Part shown: positions 14,147 through 26,314 of the stretch, piece after piece
Layout of the letters: every line of letters starts with the position of its first letter
Numbering within the stretch: the first letter of the stretch is position 1
DNA from: Takakia lepidozioides
Taxonomy: Eukaryota > Plantae > Bryophyta
Length of the DNA stretch: 64,000 nt
Direction: 5' to 3'
Assembly: GCA_030704615.1 (NCBI GenBank)
Contig: CM060734.1
Location: 38,316,001 to 38,380,000, forward strand
The notes under the pieces: generated by a model
Told to the model about the DNA's origin: nothing
The model's database searches: none
What the model saw: only the letters and a program-made list of their open reading frames with translations
Made by a program: the position numbers and the translations under genes

Positions 14147-14371
14147 TCAGAAAAGGTTGTAAGGGAAAGCATCCAGAGGGTGGATGAGGTATGTCAAAAC
14201 CAGGGCCATGAATAACATGACATAAGCAATCCCCTGGTCAATGGTCGATCCATCGCTGCTTGGAGGAGCAGCGGGTGCCGGCGCTTGCGCCTGCACGGCC
14301 GGCAACAGAGCTCCCATCAAAAACACCAATGCCACAACCAACACTACGCAGCGTACCATAATTCCTGCCAT
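14147..14371 (-). CDS. Arabinogalactan peptide (AGP16/20/22/41 family), 74 aa, single coding exon
   Basis: Signal peptide MAGIMVRCVVLVVALVFLMGALLPAVQA, glycomodule QAPAPAAPP, family signature SDGSTIDQGIAYVMLFMALVLTYLIH. Confidence 0.92.
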   Translation of the reverse strand: MAGIMVRCVVLVVALVFLMGALLPAVQAQAPAPAAPPSSDGSTIDQGIAYVMLFMALVLTYLIHPLDAFPYNLF

Positions 14372-15276
14372 CTCATCGGCTACAAGTGCACCCGCGATCA
14401 CGCTCGCCCCTCTTTGGTCAAATCAAACCTCCGTATATGACTTGGTAGAACGACTGCCTGAGCAACAAAACACAGGCTTCTAGGCGCCAATGTGCGATCG
14501 AAGCATCGAGAGCTTGTCTACAAGACTGAGACGACCCAGATGCACAGAAACTGAGAGAAACCACACCAGCACAGCACAAGCAGCAATGATCTGGACTGCG
14601 TAGACCAGGCCTCCTCCACAAACACACAAGATCTTGGCAGAGAGGCTAGAACAACATCCGAAGCGGAAGAGAAGAGAAAAGAGGTCGCAAGAAGAGCGTG
14701 GCAGCGATGGAGTTACAGCGCACAGCGCACGCGTATATGTAACTGCACTCCCAGCCAGCGCGCCAACCTGGATGCCTCGCTGCTCATCCACATGGAAGCT
14801 TCTTCATCCATGGACTCCGCGTTTAACCTATAGTCAGACATCCATGTTTCGAATACCTAGTTCGCAGCCGCACACAATTCACTGCACGTTCTTCATAAGT
14901 TACTCAAAGTCCGCATAAGTTGCCGCGTCACAGCAATTTTCCTTTTTTGTTAACTCAACTATCATTGATTTTTGCTCCCGTGGGTTTCATTTATTCCCCT
15001 TTCTTTTTCTTTTTATTGTCTTTTTTTCCCTTTCATAGTAATGATAAAGTTTTAGGGCCGCTGCCCCCTTCTTTACCAAAAAACAAACAAAAGAAAAAAC
15101 GAAGGAAGAAATAAACCTGGCAGGTGCGGTTGGGTCGGAGGCTTAGGAGCTACCACCCCCTGACCTGGCAACGGTCTAAGTCACAATCTAAATTTTTGTA
15201 CAAATTACTAACTATAGTCTATCATCCCACTGCTCCGCGGTCGCATTGTAAAGCACCGTTGCTCAAAAAGTCCCTT

Positions 15277-15278
<2 letters not shown>

Positions 15279-15303
<25 letters not shown>
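15279..15303. repeat. (TA)n microsatellite
   Basis: About 12 TA units seen directly. Confidence 0.95.
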
Positions 15304-15308
<5 letters not shown>

Positions 15309-17398
15309 ACTAGCCGGAGCTAGCATAAATAAGAGCTTCCCATTGCAGGTACTGGCCCCTTGCGGGGGTGGGCTCTATAATTCCCATCGTAAATATAGGG
15401 ACATTTGTAAGCAGAATGCCCCCAAAAAAAAAAAAAATGCCCCCTTGTTGGATTAAGATAAAGTTCTTTCCCTCGAACTTTCCTGGATTTTGGAGTAGCT
15501 GGCCTCTCAAATCCAGGAAAGTCCTCGGGTAAGAATGTCTTTATCTCCTACATAAAATGTGAAAGGAGACTTGAAAGTCCCGACGGTCAAAGTCCCAGTT
15601 CAACATTCCATCCACTCCAGCTACTAAGGTGGGTTCCAAACTAGCGACATGACAAAACACTAAAATGTGGCTTTCGTCCACCTCTTCATCTCTTTCATGG
15701 ATGCCATGTCATCAAGAGCCAGTGGACCTTTTCAAACCAAGAAACAGCCTTTTCAGACATGAATGGTGCAATTGAGAAAATCAAAGCATGTGTAGGTATC
15801 TTCAAGTGTTGGGCGGGTAGTACATTCAGCCGGGTCCTGGTATTGAAAAAAAGTTATATATTTCAATACCAGCCAGTTCCATGGTATTGGAATATTCACT
15901 GAATTCTAATATCTGCCGGTTCTCAATAATAGTATGATTTTTTTAATTGTGGACAGGTATCAATAGGACGGGTATTCCAATCGTAATACCAGCCGGTTAT
16001 AAACCCAGATATAAATAACTAAAATTAATATTAAAATAACCACCAAATCATTAATATGCCTTTAATTAGAAGCATACTTGATTTCCCCCTTGCTTTGTTC
16101 CCCCCTCTTATGCTCCCTCGACTTCTTTCACGTATGCTCCCCCTTCTGTTGCTCCCTCCTCTTCTGCCCCCCCCTCATGTCTAGATCCCCAGTTTGATAT
16201 TGTTGAACTATTGCTGGAGGAGCAGGACGTTCGACGTCTGCTTCCTGAATTCCCTATCCTAAGAACTGCCGAGGGATCTGATGCCATTGTCTCCTGGCGG
16301 AAACGTCAATGTCCAGCCCGACTGCCTCCGGTCCCTATTCCCCTCCAAGTTTTTTCTACCATGGACCCTCGACCCCTGTTTCACACTTGTATCTTTTGGC
16401 CGATTTAAGGCACGGCATCTGCCCCAGTCATATCATGATGCTTTTTGCACCACAAACTGCTCACAAACTGCCTTATCATGGATTTGGACTCTTCTTGCAT
16501 GGAGGTTGGCGGACGTTTGAGAATTTTCATAATCAGGAAAGTATGTTGAAAGAAGTGCTTCTAGTAGAGGGACAGCTTAGATATGGTACAATGCAGGACG
16601 AAATCCAGATCGTTGACTCCTGCCGAGCTTTTCTTTGCATGGTGCGTGCCCGAGCATTTAATGAATTTGCGGCAACGGAAACGGCCCACTTTCAACTTTT
16701 GTGGTGCAAGGGCAACGATGCTGAAGGCCTACGACGTGCAGCCAAGGCCTGGGAGGATCTATTGTTTAGGCGGGAGCACATTGATTTGGGACTCTACGTG
16801 CATCTTTTGAGTAAGTGCATGCTTTGCCTCTCCAAGAGTCTGTCATTGTGAAGATCAGAATTGGAATAGATGAATGGGGGAGTAGACTTTATTGTCGGGG
16901 ATCGGGGGATCAGGGGATCAGGGGGTCACAGCTAAGACACAAGCGCTTGTCTCTGTGTTGGTGAGGCTGAGGCAGCTGATGTTGGAGTTCAAAATATCAT
17001 GGAGGAGGTAGACTTGCGAGCAAACAAAGTGTTGTTGGCGAGGAGCGACAAGTGTCACCGTATGCCCCTCACCTTTCCCACATTGACGTTGACGACTTCA
17101 ATTTATCGTAGTTGTCCCACCTTACATCGCAGATGACGTTGCCAACACCCTCACAGGTTGAAGACCTTCAAGCGCCTCATTCAAAGACTTTTCAAGTGGA
17201 ATCTCCGACGGCAGGTTTCTACACACCCATTGCGGAAGTTGATGTCAATCCCATACAATACCACAATAGGACCAGCACAAAATCAGATACAAGTATGATT
17301 CTCTGATAAGTGCTCCCCTGGTCGTGTTCCCCTAATCCCCTTTGACTGAACCCCTCATGTAGATCCGGTGAAGGCAGTCAAAAGCCGATAAAAATCAC

Positions 17399-17641
17399 AT
17401 TGTCGGATCTAAGATCTGCTGGTCCTGATCCCCTGGTACCCTGAGTGTCCCAAGTCCCTGATCATTGATCCCATAATTGATCCCCTTTCACTGATCCCCC
17501 CATGCAACCTTGGACTCCTGGACCCTTGATCATTGTCGGATCTAAGATCTGCTGCTCCTAGTCCCCTGGTACCCTGAGTCTCCTGGTCCCCTCATCACTG
17601 ATCCCATAATTGATCCCCTTTCACTGATCCCCCATGCAACC
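17399..17641. repeat. Tandem duplication, ~133-bp period, rich in GATCCCC
   Basis: ATTGTCGGATCTAAGATCTGCTG..CCCCATGCAACC at 17399-17509 and 17532-17641. Confidence 0.9.
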
Positions 17642-17759
17642 CTACACTCTTGATCCCCTCTACACGGATCCTACGCCAAGAAACATTGTGACTGGTCCCC
17701 TCTCAGTGCTCCCCTCATGCAGAAGCAGGCAAGGCAATGGAAGTTCATTGGTAGGGGGG

Positions 17760-18960
17760 AGGGATTGCGAACAAACCAAATGGCGTTAATCTCGACATCG
17801 GCATCGTCCACAATGAATGCGTTGGGACGCCAATCCGGCTGATCAGCCTGGAGCCTTTGACGAAGAGCCAACATCCAACTTGACAAATCGTTGGCATTGT
17901 TTCTTGAAGATATTATGTATGCAACAGGGATGCCTTTCAGCCAAATGTCGAAGACCATAAGAGTATACATGGCATACTGCACACAAAGACGAAAATGTGC
18001 AATGTAAGTTTGTTTTGAAAATAATTACTGAAATTAATGACAAGAAATCACAGGAGGTGAACCCCGAACCCTGTAACCCCTTCTGTTCTCATTTTAGTAT
18101 TTTGTGATCCCCCCTATGAGCTATGTCATGATCCCCTGGAAGGACACCATCCCTCCATCATTTCTCTCTATAACCCCCCAAGGCATACATTTGCTAAGTT
18201 GTCTTCCCTCCTGCCGGCGCATCCCTCACTACGAATCATACAAGTACACGTCATGGTCCCAAAATGGTCCCAACATATACAGAGCAATATACATAATGGA
18301 GTTTGGCCCATATATCTGGTCCCCTAATGGGCTGAAGCAGTCGTGGTGTCGAATCCGATAGGGGGATTAATAGGTCACTGGTGATGACCCAGTGTCGTGA
18401 TCCCCTACACATCGGATAAGGCTATGCTCTCCCTATGCCCCTGCTCTCCACTGATCCCCTGCTCCCCACTGATCCCCTTCACAGTGAAAGATGCTATACT
18501 CTCATGATCCCAAGAGTCCACGCCGTCAATTCCACTCACCTTGTGTTCATTGGTTCCGAAGGTCGCATCACAAGAGACGATTCGTTTGTCACCCATTCCG
18601 AGCATTGGTTTTTTCTGAAATTCTGTTTGAATGCTAATGGCAAATTTGAGGTCGACATTGTCGCGCCGTGTTCCTCCAGCATGGCATCGGGCGTGTCCTC
18701 TTGATAGAAGAAAACACTCTGGGGCTGGGCCTCCTTCCACATCTTCAGACTGGTCCCCTCGTCCTTATGTCGCTTGAAAGTCTCACATGCAAGCTTGTCC
18801 ATGATGTTTCTAATGTCATGCTCAAGCACAACATCATCACGACACCACTTCTCTCCATTGACCTTGTTGTCAAATACCTGTTGTTCATGTTGGGCCATGA
18901 TTTCAGCAGGCGACAACCCAGCACGTATGCTATCCGTTATCCACATCTTAACCTCTTCAC
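17760..18960 (-). mobile_element. Mutator/MULE transposase pseudogene (two exons, frameshifted, truncated)
   Basis: HDIRNIM..VFFYQE, frameshift, FAISIQTEFQKKPM..IVSCDATFGTNEHK | intron | YAMYTLMVFD..GIPVAYIISS..WRPNAFIVDDADVEINAI. The first two catalytic Asp of the MULE domain are present. Confidence 0.88.
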
Positions 18961-19019
18961 TAAGGTGAGGTGCGTGCGCGAAACGGGTGTTACTTGAAGT
19001 CGGGTCAATGTGGCCATGG

Positions 19020-20510
19020 CAGACCTCGACCCCCTATTCCCATCGACGGCCCGATCCCCCGAGACGTCGCCGCACCCCCGACGTGCCTTGATCCCCCTTG
19101 CGGACCAGGAGTGGTCCCCCAACCCTAATCACGCGCCACGTTCTGCTCCCCCGAACCGTCGATCCCCTGCGTATCCATCCAACCTCATGCCTCTTAGAGC
19201 TCCAGTAACTTAGAGAAATACAACAATTCAAGCCAAACACCTCTAGAATCTGGTGGTAAGAAAGACAAGGTCTGGTTCGCTCGAGTATATGGGCCCAGGT
19301 ATTGAATGTTTTGCAGCATTTCTGCATGTGCAATGCGGCAACGATGAGTAAATTTGTTTGGAATCTGGTGTGAGCGTGAATTCAAGTAATATGCTAGCTA
19401 CGTGTTGATAATCCCTCTAGGACCTTCCATCGTTGTTTTCACAAACTTGGAAGTCCTTGTAAAGTATCACTTGCAGGCGACATCTAGAATGTGTGGGATG
19501 AGCCAAGGCTTACAAAATCTTCCAAACATGACAGAAGTTCCTCGTTTCATCCTCGCTGTGTTCTAGATATGAAAGTGTGAAGAGATGTCCTTTAAATCAT
19601 GAGCCATATCTGCCCGGCCCACCACGAACTAGAAATGACAATGTTTCTGGTCGATCTCCAAGTGACTGTCCAAGTCTGACTGATTGTATGTATCATGTGG
19701 TGCTGGCAGGAGGACACATCAATCCTGCAGTCACATTTGGTCTTTTCCTCGCGAGAAAAGTGTCCTTTCCCCGCTTAGCATCCTCCCACGCAGGGGATGG
19801 ACGACGGCCGGATGAAGGGCCGATGACACTGACAGGCCACGTGCCGCTCCCCCCGCCGTCGATCCCCTCTTCCCATCGACGGCCTGATCCCCCGAGACGT
19901 CGCCGGTCCCCCCCCCCCCTCGGTTGATCCCCCGTCCAATGCGGTGACTAATCCCCCTTCACCCATCGGCCGGCACGTAGCGCTCCTCCCCGCCGCCGAT
20001 TCCCCTCGTCCCATCCACAGCGCGATCCCCGAGACGTCGCCGCTCCCCCCGACCTGGCTTGATCCCCCCTCCGACCGGGAGTGATCCCCCACCCATAATC
20101 GCCCGCCACGTGCTGCTCCCCCGAACCGTCGATTCCCTGCGCATCCATCCAACCTCAAAACAATGGATGTTCTGGGTCATCCGCCCCTCATCCCCCCCCA
20201 TCCTCTCGCGCAGGGATGGACGACGGCCGGATGAAGGCCCAATGACACTGACATGCCACGTGGCACTCCCCCCGCCGTCGATCCCCTCGTCCCATCGACG
20301 GCGCGATCCCCCGGGCCATCGCCGGTTCCCCCCCCCCTCGGTTGATCCCCCGTCCAATGCCGTTACTGATCCCCCTCCAGCCATCAGGCGCCACGTGGTG
20401 CTCCCCTGAACCATCCATCCCCTGCGCATCCATCCAATCTAAAACCGGGCCGCTCCCCCCTGCCTCGGTTGATCCCCCATCCGCACGGCGCGATCCCCCG
20501 AGCCGTCGCT

Positions 20511-20550
<40 letters not shown>

Positions 20551-21310
20551 CCCCGCGCGTCAATGGCGGAACAGGGGATTGTCCCCCCCATGGCGGTCCC
20601 CTCTCCGTTGATCCGTTGATCCCCCACACCACCTGTCGTGATCCCCCATCCCCCCCCCCCCCGTCCGCGATCCCCCTTCCACGTGTCAAGTGTCAGGGTT
20701 GTGGCTATCATTCTGTTCATCTGTGTCGTCCTCCCCCAAACAACGGCCATGCACGTCCCCTGCCATTTTGGTCTGCGAGATGAACGGAGTGGATGTATTG
20801 AAATTTAGGATTTCCGGCTGCTCACAGATTTGATCCTCTTTGCGCGCGTGTATGCTGCACTTGCGCGTGTAGTTTGCTACTGTGTACTGTTTCTGCAGAC
20901 GCGTGTGGTCTGCTGCTGTGTACTGTTCCTGTAGGGGTGTCGGGCATCATGACTGGATCTTCGGAGTTGCGCACGTCATTCCTTCTATCATAGCTGCATG
21001 GCACGTTGCAAATCCCCCCGGATGGTTCCTTCAACCACATGTCACTTATATGGACTCAAACTATTTCAAGTGGAGGTGGACATCGTGTGAATACGGATGT
21101 TGCGGTCATTCCTTGGACCATTGTTTTTTAGGTTGGATGGATACGCAGGGGATCGACGGTTCGGGGGAGAAGCACGTGGCGTGCGACTAGGGGTGGGGGA
21201 TCACTCCCGGTCTGCAGGGGGGATCAAGTCAGGTCGAGGGAGAGGCGACGTCTCGGGGGAGCGCACCGTGGATGGGATGAGGGGATCGACGGCGGGGGGG
21301 GGGGACATGG
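19020..21310. repeat. GC-rich GATCCCC-based repeat block with ~160-bp terminal inverted arms and internal ~420-bp tandem units (foldback/Pack-MULE-like)
   Basis: 19025-19185 is the reverse complement of ~21130-21290; 19790-19950 recurs at 20210-20365; poly-C at 20511-20549; a further family copy at 39955-40075. Confidence 0.75.
19710..19774 (+). pseudogene. Captured fragment of a PIP aquaporin exon (first NPA loop)
   Basis: GGHINPAVTFGLFLARKVSFPR directly after a splice acceptor (ctggcag|), then an abrupt switch into the GC-rich repeat. Confidence 0.9.
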
Positions 21311-21529
21311 ATGCCTTGGCGTGAGCGCAGCTGCGCTCATACCACGTCACCTTGCGCCCACGCCACATCACCGGGCTCACTCCACGTCATCGCACTTAAA
21401 CGTCGCGTCACCGCGCGCCAAGGAAGAGCGGAGTGTATTTCCGCGGAAGAGCACCCTTAACCGCGGAAACAAGTTGGACGACATAATAAAAGGACGTGGT
21501 CATTCCCACCTGAAAGCAACAGATGAATG

Positions 21530-21760
21530 CAGGATGGATGAATGTAGAGTGGATGAAACATAGATGGATGAGTGCGAACAATGCAAGTAGATGGATGAAT
21601 GTGTGATGGATGAGAGTACAGTGGATGAATATATAATGGATGAATGTATAATAGATGTTGAATAATGGAGAACATTCATGAATGGAGGATGCATGAATAC
21701 ACAGTAGATGAATGCATAATGTATATGACATGAGTGTGTAGGGTTTGTAAGATGGATTCG
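21530..21760. repeat. GGATGAAT-motif repeat tract, duplicated at ~26030-26181
   Basis: Many GGATGAAT units; ATGTTGAATAATGGA.AACATTCATGAATGGAGGATGCATGAATAC..GATGGATTC is shared by both loci. Confidence 0.85.
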
Positions 21761-21769
21761 AGAGTAGAG

Positions 21770-22069
21770 ATATAGTCGTATAAATAGAGCTGTAAAACCA
21801 TCTTCAGTCATGGAGTCACACGATTCCATGAAACGTCGTCCACGTGTAGTCAAACATATCACACTAGTCATAAAACCATCCCTGTTATCATGGTCAACAA
21901 TGTTTGACCAATGCTCCCTAACTTTCCGGAGTCATGTAGTGATATCCATTACTACAAAGTGATAAAAATATGACTGCAACACATTTCAGCGCTCTGTAGT
22001 CGTAAACCTAGTGCCGTTTTTATGACTCCGCCAAATCCGTAGTCCTAAAAACGCTCATCTCTTGTAGTG
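21770..22069. mobile_element. CACTA transposon terminus (right end) with subterminal repeats
   Basis: Ends ..CGCTCATCTCTTGTAGTG (reverse complement CACTACAAGAGATGAGCGTTTTTAGGACT); repeated GTAGTC/AGTCAT motifs. Confidence 0.8.
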
Positions 22070-22071
22070 TA

Positions 22072-24075
22072 TTGAAGGACTGGAGTCCTGCACACTTCAG
22101 GGATTGTGGTTGGTACCTGGACTGCCCTCCTGAGCACATAGCTTTTCAAGAGCAGGAAATGAAATATTTGAACAATCATGCTGAGATGCTGCAAAGGAAA
22201 GAAAGTGAAATTCCCACCAGATTAAGGAAAGAGATCATGTTATCCCAAGTAGGCAAAGGCACCCCAGTGTATCATTTCTTCCGACTCTCCATCATCGCCA
22301 GCCATCCCTCATTGACAATCTTAATCTCCCCGGATCCTGGAAATGACATTGCGAGGCTTCTTACAGCTATGCACGACGTGAATAAGTAAGTCATCCTAGA
22401 GACTCTATTACCTCTTCAATGTCTTGTTCATCCTACCAAAAAACGATATTACCAATGCATTGTTTTCACAGAAATCGCATGTGACAACTAGCTTGGTCCA
22501 CATACTTTTCCGAATTCAGAGAATTGGTCTGATGAAGTTGGATGATTTTTGCACAGTACTCCACCCCGATATAATCAAGAAGTGCGAAACAGGAAGAGCT
22601 GCAGGCACTTGGTATTCTTTGACTCAAGAGGCATTTCTGGAGTACATGTATGCGGTAAGGCCGAGCCTGTACACACTTGTCTTTTTGAATATATGTTTGT
22701 AATTTGTTTTTACTTTTCCCTACTTTGATCTATGCAGCAAGAACTGGCAAAGGCAACTGAGAAGGGGAAATCCGAATACTACCGCACAGAGGAACTTCGG
22801 ACATCAAAGGGTGTGGAGGCAGCAATAAAGAAGGAGTATGGAATCCGGAGAACTAAACTGATGTCCGCCTTCTCGAAGCAGCTTAGAATAGTAGATCCCG
22901 GCCTTGGGGAGGAGTTCCTTCTGTAGATCAAATCTCACTATGACAAACATGTGCACCCAGAGATGCAGCAGGAGAAATTGCACCAGCTGGCCATCTCCAT
23001 GGTTGACCCCCAAACCAAAATTAGATGGCTGGAGATTTGGAACTCAGATCAGATAGTGAAGGACTTGAATCAGTTTCCTAAGAGCACAATACAGTCTGGC
23101 ACAAAGGTGGAGGGAATTAGTGACATTGTGTTTGACAACTGGCTTCACAAAGCCACATTTTGGAGTCAGGTGTGTGTTCATTGAAGGTCCATCTTTAGTG
23201 ACCTCATGAATGTAATGGCTTCCTTATTTGCAAAACTGAAGATGTACCCTTTGCAGCTGGAGAAGCGCGCCATCCTTGTGCTCGAGCAGAATTTGAAGGA
23301 CTTGGAATATTTCCATTGTTTCCCCGCCTCAAATGACATTGGAGGCATACATCAAGAAGTGGAGAGGTCTCACTTGGCGATACTGTTTTTTCCGGAGTTT
23401 TCGAAGGATGGTAACATTTTGCGGTCCAACGACTTTGACAATCAGGTTGGGGGGGAGTGGGCCATGATGTGAGTTGTGTATAGGTGCAATGTCCAACTGG
23501 AAACTGTGTTGCCTCTTGTGAGAAATCCTTAGGCTTTGTTAGCAGTGCTCTTCACTGAGGTGCCGACAATCACTTACTACTCAATAAATTCATGAAAAAA
23601 AAAAAATGGGCCTTGACATATGAGACGTACTTGGATACATAGGAGATTGAACTTAGGCTTAGATGACATTGGACACTTGGGCCTCATGGCTTTGAGGTTC
23701 TACAGATAGAGATTTCATTCACATGGATTATGGAACTTAGGGTGTGTTGACAGTGTTCTTGAATGGAAATTTGTGAATGTCGTTGACGACCATCACATCC
23801 AGAGCTGTTGTGAGCTTCTATAGAGAGAGATTTCTTGTACGTTTTGTAGGGTGTATAATAGTTTTAGGCAGCGTTACTCACACGAATTTTCTGAATGTCG
23901 GTGCCGACATTCACTTTGAGTGCAATGGGCTTCTACATAGAGAGATTGATTTCCAATTTGTCTCATGGTTCGCAGGTACACAAAATATGTGCTAATGGAT
24001 GGAAATCACCTCAGCGGTATCCCAAATTATCTTGACATATGGTCGGACCCTGGAAACGATCCAACCATGTACACT
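22072..24075 (+). pseudogene. Multi-exon fragment, probably the central part of the ParB-like/methyltransferase gene family found at 26.3-30.2 kb
   Basis: Spliceable exons (..DIARLLTAMHDVNK|, SHVTTSLVHILFRIQRIG..EYMYA|, QELAKA..(stop 22924)..KATFWSQ|, LEKRAIL..DFDNQ|). The intron ~23446-23975 has three copies of the same 24-bp palindrome (23550, 23773, 23891). Confidence 0.6.
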
Positions 24076-24085
24076 GTAGGGATAT

Positions 24086-24200
24086 CACTACAACATATGA
24101 GCGTTTTTATGACTGCACATATGACTATTTTTTCAGTCCTATATGTATTCATGACTACATCACTCTGCAGTGAAAAAAACCCTGTCATAGCCACTAGTAT
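24086..24200. mobile_element. CACTA transposon terminus (left end), same family as the end at 22069
   Basis: CACTACAACATATGAGCGTTTTTATGACT followed by ATGACT subterminal repeats. Confidence 0.8.
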
Positions 24201-24324
24201 TTAGGATTGCGTTTTGCAAGTCACAGCCGTGACTGCGTGCGTGGCACCTGGAGTCATGTTGCAGAGAGCGATGAGAGAGAGAAAGAGAGAGAGAGAGAGA
24301 GACTCACCGGGGAAGGTGGTCATC

Positions 24325-24770
24325 ATGGTACTCCAAGACACCACATCTTGTTCAGCCATCTTGTTTAGCACTCCCTTTGCATCCTTGCTACACCTACATT
24401 TGGCATACATATTGTCCACCAGGGGAGTGTTCAGAAGGACATCTGGTATATTTGCAGCTTTGATAATGCAACCATGGACCTTTTACCCTTTTCCAGGGCT
24501 GCCAGGCTTGCACACGCATTGCAAACACACACACACGTTATGTGGTCGGGCTTCAGTACCCCTTCCCTCATAATTTGCTCATAGGTCTCCAAAGCCTCCA
24601 TCCCACGCCCCTGTTGTGCATACCCTGCAAACATCGCACTCCATGACACCACATCTCGTTTAGCCATAGTGTTGAACACTCCCTTTGCATCCTCGATGCA
24701 CCCACATTTGACATACATGTCCACCAAGGCAGGGGCAGTGTTCAAAATGACATCTGGTAATCTGATCGGC
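24325..24770 (-). pseudogene. PLS-class PPR gene fragment (S-P-L-S motifs, frameshifted)
   Basis: [52 protein letters not shown]; MYAKCRCSKDAKGVLNKMAEQDVVSWS. Confidence 0.9.
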
Positions 24771-25709
24771 ATTCACATTTTTGCCTCGGTTGTCCCACCA
24801 TTGACTAGGGTAAAAAAAAGTATTCATTCCACAGATTCTCCTCATCTCTGTTACCTCTTTTAGATACTTTCCTATTGTCACATTGGCAATATCATGTCAA
24901 AGTCACTCCAAACTATCCTAGGTTACTCAACCAACTAATTTGCAGAATTCAACATGAAAATTTAGGGCCAATTCTGATAAGAGGGAAAAACAGGGTGAAA
25001 TGTGTTGAAAAATGTGCCTTCATTAGCAGACCATTTTCTCATTAGCAGATTTCTTGTAGCTATTGAGTCATAGGGAATCAGAACTAATCTTGTGTTTGAA
25101 ATCCGACCCTCTTGGATGAACCTGGACCTCTATCCCTGGTCCTTCAGCTATCCCTGTCTGTGTACAAATCATGAATACTTGCTGCTAGCAGCTGACATTG
25201 ACGGCGTGAAGTTCTTTTAGCTTCTCCTCATCTCTATTACCTAAATTTGGATACTTTCATGCTGCCACATTGGCAGCAACTTGTCAAAGTCACTCTAAAC
25301 GACCACAGATCCACCCAACGAGCTAATTTACAAAATTCTATATGCATCTCGGGGCCGAGTCTGATGAGAGGGCAAAATAGGCTGAAATAGGTCGAAGAAG
25401 AAGGTATCCTCACCACATTGTCCTTTACCTTGTGTCATGACCCATGGAGGATTTGACCGACCATCAACCCAAAAGGACCTCTTGTGTGTGCTGCTTGTAT
25501 CTGTAGTCAGGTAATGTCGGATTGGTATGTGAGATCGAACCACCACGGTGCAGCTGAGCAGGCAGAGATTGAAACACGGCCTGCTAAGACCAAGCTGACT
25601 CTCCCAAGAACGGCGAGCTTCTCCTCGTCTCGTCTCTCTCCCAAAAATGGCGAGCTCGCAAGAATGTTGGGATCTTCTCCTCGTCTCCTCTCCTCCTCCT
25701 CTTCTCCTT

Positions 25710-25805
25710 CCTGCATCATTTGCTCAAGAGTAGGAAGGTCTGCAAAGCCTCCATCCCACGCCCCTGCATATCCTGCGATCATTGCGTTCCATGACACAAC
25801 ATCAA
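25710..25805 (-). pseudogene. Single PPR P-motif remnant
   Basis: DVVSWNAMIAGYA..LEQMMQEG. Confidence 0.75.
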
Positions 25806-26314
25806 ATAGATGGTGAAACGCAAGAGACAAAAAAAGCCTAAGTCCCAGCCCGGTGTAAAGTTCGACGGTGTAATTTTCAACCGTTAGATCTTAAATAACT
25901 AGACCGTTAGATCCTATAAATTCTAACAATTCAAAATAATTTCCATCACATGATCTAACCTTGTACAACCATGACCATTGCGTATTTTAATCTCATATAT
26001 CTTACGATGGTATGGATAAACTCATCCAATGGATGAATACATTCATGTATGTGCTCAGTGGATGAATGTACAATGGATGTTGAATAATGGAAAACATTCA
26101 TGAATGGAGGATGCATGAATACAACGTAGATGAATGCACAATGGATATGACATGAGTGTGTGGGGTTTGTGGGATGGATTCACAAAGATTGCCATTTCAA
26201 TCTGAGTGGATTCTTTGTTTCATTTTTTTTTTCCTGCCGGAACAACTGCAATGAAGAAAGGGAATTCAATCTTTTCCGAAGAGGATGAAAACAGAACATT
26301 AAAATACGTAGTTC

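Noticed and set aside
19775-20783. Pro/Gly/Arg-rich ORFs
   Set aside because: Products of GC-rich repeats and the poly-C tract.
23995-24015. Second ParB motif (MDGNHL)
   Set aside because: Lacks the conserved Arg, and the reading frame of this short exon is uncertain.
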